This document shows positions 10,146-19,515 of a stretch of DNA of 64,000 bases, piece by piece (position 1 is the stretch's first letter; every line of letters starts with the position of its first letter). A model generated the notes under the pieces. It was not told the origin of the DNA. It ran no database searches and worked only from the letters and a program-made list of their open reading frames with translations. The DNA comes from Acidobacteriaceae bacterium (GTDB taxonomy: Bacteria; Acidobacteriota; Terriglobia; Terriglobales; Acidobacteriaceae), in NCBI GenBank assembly GCA_035656855.1, contig DASRRO010000219.1, positions 4,340 to 68,339 of the forward strand. Direction: 5' to 3'. The translations under genes and the position numbers were made by a program.

Positions 10146-11375
10146 ATGGCTTTGCGCAGAACCATCGTGGCAGCGGCCGCGATAGCAACCACATTTGCCT
10201 GGATCGCAGGGTGCAAAAAGGAGACGCCGCCCGTGGCTGAGACACCCCAAAGCTCGCAACCCGCACAGCCCTCTGCGCCGGAGATCGGCGGCCAGCCGGT
10301 CGTGAAGCTGACGCGCGCCGCCACCGCCAACGGACAGCAACCCGAGTTCCGCTCGGTGACGGTGCTGCCCGGCCGCGGCATGAATGTGTTCCAGATTACG
10401 GCCGAACTGCCGGGCAAGGGCGAAATTCCTATCCTTCATGCGCCCAGCCTGGAAGAAGCGGCGTCGAAACTGAATGGCGGCCCCGGCGATGAGTACGGCA
10501 ACGCCAGCTTCAGCTTTGGCGGCGCCTTCCTGGTGCCGTATCCCAACCGGATCATCGGCAAGCTGTCGGCAGACAAGAAGACCGTGACCGCGGAATGGCA
10601 TGGCAAGAAGATCGTGCTGCCCGCCAACTGGCACAACAGCGAGCATCCCACTGAAGATCTCCACGCCATGCACGGCCTCATCCTGGCCTCGCACACTGAC
10701 GATGTGCAGACGATGCCGATTCCCGACGGCCAGACCGTGACCGGCGTGATCCACGCGGGCGACTTTGGCGGCCACTGGCTTTCGCAGACCGACCTCAGCT
10801 TCGTGATCTCGCTCACCGGCAAAGCCATCGATGCCACGATTGTCGCGAAGAATGTGGGTAAAGAGGATGAGCCGATCGCCATCGGCTGGCATCCTTACTT
10901 TGCCATTCCCAGCGGAGATCGCAAGCAGGCGTTGCTCCATGTTCCGGGCTCCGAAGTCGCGGTGGTCAATAACTACGGCGCTGTGTTTCCCACCGGCAAG
11001 CTGGTCCCGGCCAGGGGAACCAAGTGGGACTTCATGGCAGCCCAGGGAAAACCGCTCGACGATATCTATCTCGACGATAACTGGTCGAAGCTAACTCGGA
11101 CCGACGGCGCGGTAGACGTGAACCTCACCGATCCCGCCAGCAACTATGGCGTGAAGATCCTTGGCCTGTCACCGCACATCAAGACCGTGCAGGTGTATGC
11201 GCCGCCAACCCAGTCCTTTGCCGCCATCGAGCAGCAGTTCAACTTCGCCGATCCCTTTGGCAAAGAATGGCACGGGATGGATACCGGCATGGTGACGCTG
11301 AAGCCCGGCGCCTCAGTCGAGTGGCACGTCCGTCTGGAACTATTCCAACCGAACAGTGCGTCCGCCTCGAAGTAG
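10146..11375 (+). CDS. Aldose 1-epimerase family lipoprotein
   Basis: Lipoprotein signal ...FAWIAGC; mutarotase-like motifs HGLILASH and IGWHPYFAIP; GGGGAGA RBS before ATG 10146. Confidence 0.75.
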   Translation: MALRRTIVAAAAIATTFAWIAGCKKETPPVAETPQSSQPAQPSAPEIGGQPVVKLTRAATANGQQPEFRSVTVLPGRGMNVFQITAELPGKGEIPILHAPSLEEAASKLNGGPGDEYGNASFSFGGAFLVPYPNRIIGKLSADKKTVTAEWHGKKIVLPANWHNSEHPTEDLHAMHGLILASHTDDVQTMPIPDGQTVTGVIHAGDFGGHWLSQTDLSFVISLTGKAIDATIVAKNVGKEDEPIAIGWHPYFAIPSGDRKQALLHVPGSEVAVVNNYGAVFPTGKLVPARGTKWDFMAAQGKPLDDIYLDDNWSKLTRTDGAVDVNLTDPASNYGVKILGLSPHIKTVQVYAPPTQSFAAIEQQFNFADPFGKEWHGMDTGMVTLKPGASVEWHVRLELFQPNSASASK

Positions 11376-11437
11376 AGGACCTTCTCTCTCCGGAGCGGCT
11401 ACAACGCCGCTCCCATCACTACCCGGATTCGCCCGTC

Positions 11438-11521
11438 TACCCCACCCCCCCCGGGTATGGGGTATAGGCTTGCGACTGATTTCAAAGCACATGGAAGGTA
11501 ATACTTTTTGGGTATTACCTT
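11438..11521 (+). repeat. Variant copy (R1) of the intergenic module: G/C dyad, ATTTCAAAG, GGTAATAC/GTATTACC hairpin
   Basis: TACCCCA..TGGGGTA (11438-11464), ATTTCAAAG (11479-11487), AAGGTAATAC-tttttgg-GTATTACCTT (11495-11521); same blocks as R2 and R3 but in a different order. Confidence 0.6.
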
Positions 11522-11590
11522 CACTTGCGCCCTTCCGCTCCCAGAGAGTCCTCGAAGATCGGATGGCCGCCCTGTCTGAGCCGGCCTTCC

Positions 11591-11627
11591 AAAGAAAAAG
11601 CTCCGTTCGCGATGAACAGAGCTTTCC
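11591..11627 (-). terminator. Orphan Rho-independent terminator-like hairpin (T1)
   Basis: Minus strand reads GGAAAGCTCTGTTC-atcgc-GAACGGAGCTTT then TTCTTT; no minus-strand CDS upstream of it. Confidence 0.5.
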
Positions 11628-11828
11628 TTCTACCAAGGTTAGCGAACCTGCTAAGTCCGTACAAGAGAAATCCGGTAACCCTACAGTACGACGGTAAGGT
11701 TCGCCTTCGCTCCGGGCCAGCCCGGGTTTGGCCTTTAAATTAATTTCCGCCTTTAGCAACCTGGTAATTCCTTAGTCACCTCTATCTATTCGTTCGCTTC
11801 CCCGGGCAACAATCAACGTGGAGGTCCT

Positions 11829-13616
11829 ATGCTGCGCTTCCGTTGCGCATGTGTGCTTTCCGTCTGCCTGGTTCTCTGTTGTGCTGCAGCGTTCGCTCAG
11901 AACCCCGTCACGTTTACCGCTCACACTTCGACTGCCGGGCTTTCGCCGCAGGACGTGTATGCGGTCGATATCAACAACGACGGAATTCCGGACCTGATTG
12001 AGGACGCCACGAGTGGAGGCAACAACACTGTCTCCATTGCGATCGCGAACGGAGACGGCACATTCCAGGCTCCCAAGCAGCTCTATGTGCTCCCCATGAC
12101 CTACACCAACCGGGCTCCGATGGCCTACGGCGATTTCAACGGGGACGGCAAGGTGGATCTCGTCTTCGCCATGAACTACACAAACCAGCTGGTGGTTTTC
12201 CTGGGCAACGGAGACGGCACCTTTCAGGCGCCGAAGATTGAAACCGTTGCATTCCCCAGCAGCGAAAAATTCATAGGCGTGCAGCTGCTCGCCGCCGATT
12301 TCAACCACGACGGCAAGCTGGATCTGGCTGCCTTCGCCAGTGCGAATGCAGGCGGTTTGTATGTTCTGCCGGGTGATGGAACGGGAAGTTTCGGCGCGCC
12401 TCGTTCGATCCTTTCGCCGACCGTCACCGGGAATCTCGCCGTGGGCGACTTCGATGGAGACGGCAATGCGGACATCGCGGTTGCAGAGGGCATCGCCAAT
12501 GGAGCCAACGCACTGCACGTGTTGTACGGCAACGGGTCGTTCGGATTTACCGACAGCACGGTTTACACCACGTCTTCCAGCTACTTTTATTTCGCGAGCG
12601 GCGACATCAACAGTGACGGCCGCACGGATCTTTTCGGCTTTCCCAGTGGCAACAAGCTGATGGTGTGGACTTCGCAGCCAGACCGGCAATGGACCACATT
12701 CTCCATGGACACATCCGCCAATCTGGAGCAGAGCACCAACCTGACGGCACCGCCGTTCATGGTTGCCGATTTCAATGGTGACGGCAATATGGACCTGGGT
12801 GCCCTTGCGGTTCTGAGCGGTTCAGGGGGTACGTTTCAGGATGTGTTCGATTTCTTCCTTGCCAATGGATCGGGAGGCTACGAAGAACAGAGCGTGCCGA
12901 CCTCTGACATCGGCAATCTTGTTGCCGGCGATTTCAATCGTGATCTGAGGCCGGATGTGGCCACGATCGACGGGCACCTTGCGTATCCCGGCACAGGCGC
13001 GCAGATGACGGTGGGCCTGAATGAGACAGAAAACGGCAAGTGGAGCCCATGCGCGTATCCAGCCAAGGGGCAGGGAATCGCTCTGTGCTCACCAGGAAGC
13101 ACATCGGGAACTTCAGTTTCCTTCACCGCTTCTGCCAATTCTTTCGGCATGCTGCGCAAGATGGAGTTGTGGATCGACGGTAAAAAGATTGCTGAGCAGC
13201 ACCATACCTGGGCCAATCGGGCGTGGTTCAATCTGACCACCACGCTGAGTGCCGGCAGCCACAAAGTGACATTGTTTGCCGCCGACATCGATAACCGCCT
13301 GCAGAAATTCACCTCAACCGTGCAGGTGGGCGGCAGCAGTTGCAGCGCGCCGGCCTCAGCCGGCGTGAATCTGTGCCAGCCCGCCAGCGGAGCGACGGTC
13401 AGTTCGCCGGTGCAGGTGATGGCGAGCGCGACGGTGACCGGCAAGCTGGCGAGTATGCAGCTGTGGGTGGACGGAGTGAAGAAATACTCCGAGACCTCAA
13501 GCGCCACGCTGCAAACCTCGATCAGTTTGAGCGCCGGCTCGCACCGGTTCGCAGTGCTTGCTGTCAACACCTCGGGCCAGAAATGGGAGCAGGCTGTCAA
13601 CGCCACGGTGAAGTAA
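11829..13616 (+). CDS. Secreted FG-GAP (integrin-alpha-like beta-propeller) repeat protein with two C-terminal Ig-like domains
   Basis: Signal peptide; seven DxNxDGxxD motifs (DINNDGIPD, GDFNGDGKVD, ADFNHDGKLD, GDFDGDGNAD, GDINSDGRTD, ADFNGDGNMD, GDFNRDLRPD); duplicated C-terminal unit (MELWIDGKK...SAGSHKV / MQLWVDGVK...SAGSHRF). Confidence 0.8.
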   Translation: MLRFRCACVLSVCLVLCCAAAFAQNPVTFTAHTSTAGLSPQDVYAVDINNDGIPDLIEDATSGGNNTVSIAIANGDGTFQAPKQLYVLPMTYTNRAPMAYGDFNGDGKVDLVFAMNYTNQLVVFLGNGDGTFQAPKIETVAFPSSEKFIGVQLLAADFNHDGKLDLAAFASANAGGLYVLPGDGTGSFGAPRSILSPTVTGNLAVGDFDGDGNADIAVAEGIANGANALHVLYGNGSFGFTDSTVYTTSSSYFYFASGDINSDGRTDLFGFPSGNKLMVWTSQPDRQWTTFSMDTSANLEQSTNLTAPPFMVADFNGDGNMDLGALAVLSGSGGTFQDVFDFFLANGSGGYEEQSVPTSDIGNLVAGDFNRDLRPDVATIDGHLAYPGTGAQMTVGLNETENGKWSPCAYPAKGQGIALCSPGSTSGTSVSFTASANSFGMLRKMELWIDGKKIAEQHHTWANRAWFNLTTTLSAGSHKVTLFAADIDNRLQKFTSTVQVGGSSCSAPASAGVNLCQPASGATVSSPVQVMASATVTGKLASMQLWVDGVKKYSETSSATLQTSISLSAGSHRFAVLAVNTSGQKWEQAVNATVK

Positions 13617-13650
13617 GGCGCCGCTGGGCAAACAAATACGTGCGAAGGAC

Positions 13651-13696
13651 GGAGGCAAGGCGCCCTGTGAAGGCCAGCCTTCCCCTCCTTTATTTT
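13651..13696 (+). terminator. Rho-independent terminator after the FG-GAP gene
   Basis: GGAGGcAAGGC ... GCCTTccCCTCC stem followed by TTTATTTT. Confidence 0.6.
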
Positions 13697-13821
13697 CAAT
13701 CAGTTGTCCGGTTCTGAACGAGAGAAAACGCGTCTAAACCGCGGCAACGGCGATAATATGAGTGCCTTTCACTCACTTTTCACCTCTCGCCACTTGACAT
13801 CCACAGCCCGGACTCGCTACC

Positions 13822-13848
13822 TTAGCAGTCGTAGGGCGAAAGTGCTAA
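13822..13848 (+). promoter_or_regulatory. CIRCE (HrcA operator) upstream of groES
   Basis: TTAGCAGTC-N9-AAGTGCTAA versus consensus TTAGCACTC-N9-GAGTGCTAA; TTGACA at 13794-13799 lies just upstream. Confidence 0.75.
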
Positions 13849-14052
13849 ACAGGCGGTTCCGCGCAGATTGAAGGGCGCGACGCCGCTCCGGACCCTCCCA
13901 AATCAGCCGGGTCCGGCGGTCGCCCCACAATCACCCAAGGCAAGCAGTCTCGACGCCGGAAGTTCTCTTCCGCGGGTAGCCCCTGCGGGAAACCATGGTC
14001 GGAGCGAGTTCGTGAGAACTGCTCTGGAATTTCAGAAGGAGAAGGAAACGCA

Positions 14053-14370
14053 ATGCCAACTGCAACTGCTTCGGCAACCACGACGTTCACTCCGCTGCAC
14101 GATCGCATCCTTGTTCGTCGCATCGAGGAGAACGAAACGGTGCGCGGCGGGATCATCATCCCCGACAGCGCGAAAGAAAAGCCCCAGGAAGGCGAAGTCA
14201 TCTCCGTGGGCAAGGGCAAGTCAAATGACGAAGGCAAGGTCTTCCCCCTGGATGTGAAGAAGGGCGACCGCATTCTCTTCGGCAAGTATTCGGGCACCGA
14301 GATCCGGATCGATGGGGAAGAGTTCCTCATCATGCGCGAGGAAGAAGTTCTCGGCATCCTCAAGGCCTAA
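14053..14370 (+). CDS. groS: Co-chaperonin GroES
   Basis: [42 protein letters not shown]... unmistakable Cpn10; AAGGAGAAGG RBS. Confidence 0.97.
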   Translation: MPTATASATTTFTPLHDRILVRRIEENETVRGGIIIPDSAKEKPQEGEVISVGKGKSNDEGKVFPLDVKKGDRILFGKYSGTEIRIDGEEFLIMREEEVLGILKA

Positions 14371-14415
14371 GTTCTGGCCGGACGGGCGGACGCGCCTTGC
14401 GGCGCAGAAGCCTGA

Positions 14416-16140
<1,725 letters not shown>

Positions 16141-16180
16141 GTCCGCGTTTAGCGGAACGCGGCTTGCGCCGCACAACAGC

Positions 16181-16212
16181 GGGCGTCCCGAAAGGGACGC
16201 CCGTTTTGTTTT
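16181..16212 (+). terminator. Rho-independent terminator of groESL
   Basis: GGGCGTCCC-gaaa-GGGACGCCC followed by GTTTTGTTTT. Confidence 0.8.
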
Positions 16213-16244
16213 GCGACTCTCCTCAGCATACTTGATAATCATCC

Positions 16245-16256
16245 TATCATATGATA
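16245..16256. promoter_or_regulatory. Perfect 12-bp palindrome TATCATATGATA in AT-rich region upstream of TA locus 1 (putative operator)
   Basis: Lies 27 nt upstream of ATG 16283, between TTGATA (16232-16237) and the AGGAGG RBS. Confidence 0.4.
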
Positions 16257-16282
16257 ACAATTATGTTGATAGGAGGCATTCA

Positions 16283-16798
16283 ATGACCCTGCTCGTCGAG
16301 GAAACTGGCACCAGATTTCTGGCTGCTGATCGGGTTTGGATCGCTACCGCTTTGCTCCATATGGAAAATCCAAAGCGGGAAGATTTCTCCAAACTTGAAA
16401 TTCGCGACCGTGGGAAAAAAGAGGGGTTTGTTGAGAAGACCAACACCTTCCAGATCCATGTCAACCAGCATTGTGTTGCAAATCGAAAACCGGATACGGT
16501 GAATCACCGGATGCTTTTCCGAACCATTCAAGGCAGGCGACGGCTTTTCCGCGAAGGCGACACCACGTCGCCAGGAAGGGTTGGCAAAATTACTCCAAAT
16601 CGCGAAGAAATCCCTTCCAGGTACCACTATCTGCTCGATTGGTATCTAAAATGGGCGGCTAAACTGTCCCCCGGGAGTGAGGGGAACGGCGGCCCGGCGT
16701 CGGATCCATTGTTGCGCCTCAGAGGCTCCGGCCGCGAAATATGGAAGCACGAGCATGCCGATGAGTTTGTTCGGAAGCTGCGCGAGGGCTGGGAATGA
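16283..16798 (+). CDS. Putative antitoxin, atypical 171-aa protein, partner of the PIN toxin
   Basis: AGGAGG RBS at 16271-16276; 4-nt ATGA overlap with the PIN gene; C-terminal tail DPLLRLRGSGREIWKHEHADEFVRKLREGWE resembles antitoxin tails; the N-terminal ~120 aa has no recognisable RHH, AbrB or HTH fold. Confidence 0.6.
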   Translation: MTLLVEETGTRFLAADRVWIATALLHMENPKREDFSKLEIRDRGKKEGFVEKTNTFQIHVNQHCVANRKPDTVNHRMLFRTIQGRRRLFREGDTTSPGRVGKITPNREEIPSRYHYLLDWYLKWAAKLSPGSEGNGGPASDPLLRLRGSGREIWKHEHADEFVRKLREGWE

Positions 16799-17220
16799 GC
16801 CGCATCTTCTGGGACACAAGCCTGTTCATTTATTTGTTTGAGGATTACGGAAAGCACTCTGAACACACGGCCCAGCTTCGCCAGAAAATGCTTGTGCGAG
16901 GCGATGAGTTGCTCACATCAACGCTGGCAATTGGCGAGCTCCTCACCGGCCCTGAAAGAAAAGGTGAAAAGCAACTGTGTCAGGATTACGAGGAGGCAAT
17001 TCGATTGGCCGCCGTTGTTGTCAGCTTTGACCTCAAGGCAGCACAGAGGTATGCGCAGCTGCGAGCCCGACCCCCGAAAATTCCACCCCCTGACGCCATC
17101 CAACTCGCCTGTGCGGCAAGTGCCGGTGTCGACCTTTTCCTGACGAACGACACGCGCCTGCATAATCTGCACATCGACGGAATACAATTCATCACATCCG
17201 TGGAGCGGGCACCGTTGTAG
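16795..17220 (+). CDS. vapC: PIN-domain ribonuclease toxin (VapC-like)
   Basis: IFWDTSLFIY (Asp), AIGELLTG (Glu), PPPDAIQLA (Asp), LFLTNDTRL (Asp): the PIN acidic tetrad. Confidence 0.85.
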   Translation: MSRIFWDTSLFIYLFEDYGKHSEHTAQLRQKMLVRGDELLTSTLAIGELLTGPERKGEKQLCQDYEEAIRLAAVVVSFDLKAAQRYAQLRARPPKIPPPDAIQLACAASAGVDLFLTNDTRLHNLHIDGIQFITSVERAPL

Positions 17221-17403
17221 CAAATCTCGATGTGAAGAGTCTCCGCGAACACTGGGAGTAACCGCCAGAGCAGACTCGGTGGTTTTGTATCAGGGCTTGG
17301 CTTCAGCCATGCCGCAAAAGACCGGCGCGCAGCGCCTTCCATGCTGCCGCAGGCTCCTGTACAGCTTCGAAGGAGCGCGGTCGGGAGTTGGCCATGCCGC
17401 GGA

Positions 17404-17832
17404 CTAAACCCGCGCGTAGTCAGGACGCCAGGCCTGGATGCTGCTCTTGATCGCCTTGGGATCGAGGTTCTCCGCCAGCGTCCGCGCCACCAACGCGGGA
17501 AGTTCCGCATCCGAGGCAAAACGCAGCGCGATGAATTGGGCCATCGACAGCCGGCTTACATCTGCCTGGGGCGCGAGGGCGGCGATGCGCAGCCGCTCTT
17601 CGAGGCGGATCAACCGATCCTGTACGCGAAGTGCGTACAGGCGCATCTTCAACGCCATAAGGAACAGCGCCACCGCGATCACGACCAGCCAGAGATGCAG
17701 GGCGAGATGGTGCCGACCTCGTACGGCCACGACAACGGCAACAACAAAATTGATCAGGAAGATCGGCCCCAGCACGAAATGCGTGAGGGTATCGAAAGCG
17801 GCGTGGCTGGCTGCGGTCTGCGGTCTGGGCAT
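17404..17832 (-). CDS. Two-TM membrane protein (resembles DUF6526 family)
   Basis: Start at internal ATG 17832 (MPRPQTAASHAAFD...); two hydrophobic helices, then RLYALRVQDRLIRLEERLR...FIALRFASDAEL...WRPDYARV. Confidence 0.6.
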   Translation of the reverse strand: MPRPQTAASHAAFDTLTHFVLGPIFLINFVVAVVVAVRGRHHLALHLWLVVIAVALFLMALKMRLYALRVQDRLIRLEERLRIAALAPQADVSRLSMAQFIALRFASDAELPALVARTLAENLDPKAIKSSIQAWRPDYARV

Positions 17833-18072
17833 GGTCCATCGTAGTATTGACGCCCCCTCCTGGGGGAAAGGCCCCAGAAAATTGCCTTCGGCCCGTGCCA
17901 GGTCGCGCATCCAGGTCCGGCGTCAGACCTGTCTCAAGGTGCTGATCCACCAGGCGGATTCCGAGCCGAAAGCACGCCGCTCCCGATAGCCTCACACCCA
18001 TGACCTTCGTACCGCGTTCACTGCCGATTCTTCTTGCCTCAGGGCACCGCGAATCCTAAGCTCAAGGCAGGG

Positions 18073-18110
18073 AAAGCTCTGTCCGCAAACGCGAACAGAG
18101 CTTTTCTTTT
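18073..18110 (+). terminator. Orphan Rho-independent terminator-like hairpin (T2), paralogous to T1
   Basis: AAAGCTCTGT-ccgcaaacgcga-ACAGAGCTTT followed by TCTTTT; no plus-strand CDS upstream. Confidence 0.5.
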
Positions 18111-18175
18111 GCGGACCCAGCCCCGCGGTCATCCCGACCCCGGTTCCCGCGGCCCAGGCTGCGGAAGTCCCGGCT

Positions 18176-18287
18176 CTTTGAAATCGTCCTCGGAAGGCCC
18201 GATCAGGGTAATACCCAAAAGGTATTACCCTCACGGCCGCGCAGAATCTGCAACTTGCCAGAGCCTACCCCCCTGGGGGGTACCCCC
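18176..18287 (+). repeat. Four-block intergenic module (R2) upstream of the alpha/beta hydrolase gene
   Basis: CTTTGAAAT (18176-84), AGGGTAATACC-caaaa-GGTATTACCCT (18205-31), CGCAGAATC (18240-48), GGGGGGTACCCCC (18275-87). Confidence 0.65.
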
Positions 18288-18330
18288 TCTGGCCGTAAGA
18301 TGGTGCACATTGCCGCTTCGGAGGTTCTCC

Positions 18331-19449
18331 TTGCTCCCGATTCGCTCCCGCTGTCTCGGCTCTTTCGCTGCCATCGCACTCCTTGCCGCTGCCTTCAATG
18401 TCGCAGCGCAGGCGCCGGCGCCGAGCTATCCGCCAACCCACTGGCCGACTCGCGATGGCGTTTACATCATCCACGATTTCCATTTTGGAAGTGGCGAAAT
18501 GCTGCCCGAGCTCAGGCTCCATTACCTGACACTGGGCACGCTGCATCGCGACGCATCGGGTCACGCGGACAACGCGATCCTTCTGCTGCACGGAACCGGA
18601 GGCAACGCGCACTCGCTGCTGAATCCCGTGTTTTCCGACGTCCTCTTTGGTCCCGGCCGGCCGCTCGATATCACGAAATACTTCATCATCCTGCCGGACG
18701 ACATCGGGATGGGCGAGTCGAGCAAGCCGTCCGACGGCCTGCGAATGAAATTTCCGCACTACGACTATGACGATATGGTCCGCTCGCAGCACGCCATGCT
18801 GCTCGAAGGTCTCCACGTCGATCGTCTGCGGCTGATTCTTGGCACTTCGATGGGCTGCATGCAGAGCTTCGTCTGGGGCGAAACGTATCCTGGTTTCGCG
18901 AACGCGCTCGCGCCCTTCGCCTGCATGCCCATCGAGATTGCCGGACGCAATCGCATGTGGCGTTACATGGCGATGCGGAGCATCCGCGACGATCCGCAAT
19001 GGGATAACGGCAACTACACGCAGGAACCGGCGGAAGGGCTGAAAGGCGCAGCGGATTTTCTGATCATCGCCGGCTCGGCTCCGCAGCAGATGCAGAAAGA
19101 CGATCCAACCCGCCAGCAGGCAGAGGACTATGTCAACAGGACAGTGAGCCGAACGATCGAGCACACCGACGCCGATGACTTTCTTTACTACTTCGACGCA
19201 TCGCGCAACTACAATCCCGAAGCCCGGCTGAGCACGATCAAAGTGCCGGTCCTGTGGATCAACTCCGAAGACGACTTCATCAATCCGCCGGAACTGAAGA
19301 TGGCTTCCGAACTCGCGAAGCGAATGCCGCATGCGCGCTTCGTCCTGGTTCCAGCGTCGCTGAATACCTTCGGCCACGGAACGCACACGCACGCCGCGGT
19401 TTGGAAGGATTATCTCGTACAGCTCCTGCAGGAGTCGGCGAAGAAATAG
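18331..19449 (+). CDS. Secreted alpha/beta-fold hydrolase
   Basis: TTG 18331 preceded by GGAGG (18320-24); signal peptide ...AAFNVAAQA; LLLHGTGGNAHS and nucleophile elbow GTSMGCMQ. Confidence 0.75.
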   Translation: MLPIRSRCLGSFAAIALLAAAFNVAAQAPAPSYPPTHWPTRDGVYIIHDFHFGSGEMLPELRLHYLTLGTLHRDASGHADNAILLLHGTGGNAHSLLNPVFSDVLFGPGRPLDITKYFIILPDDIGMGESSKPSDGLRMKFPHYDYDDMVRSQHAMLLEGLHVDRLRLILGTSMGCMQSFVWGETYPGFANALAPFACMPIEIAGRNRMWRYMAMRSIRDDPQWDNGNYTQEPAEGLKGAADFLIIAGSAPQQMQKDDPTRQQAEDYVNRTVSRTIEHTDADDFLYYFDASRNYNPEARLSTIKVPVLWINSEDDFINPPELKMASELAKRMPHARFVLVPASLNTFGHGTHTHAAVWKDYLVQLLQESAKK

Positions 19450-19515
19450 CCCGAAGCGGCCAGCGTGATATCGTCACTGGTATTCCGACAACTCTATCCT
19501 CAGGAGCGAGGTCCG

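Noticed and set aside
11376-11828. Known structured RNAs (RNase P, SRP/4.5S, 6S, tmRNA) in the 450-bp gap
   Set aside because: Hallmark motifs such as GGAAAGUCCGGGC (RNase P) or the SRP GGAA/AGCA domain IV loop are absent. It is kept only as a novel sRNA/repeat candidate.
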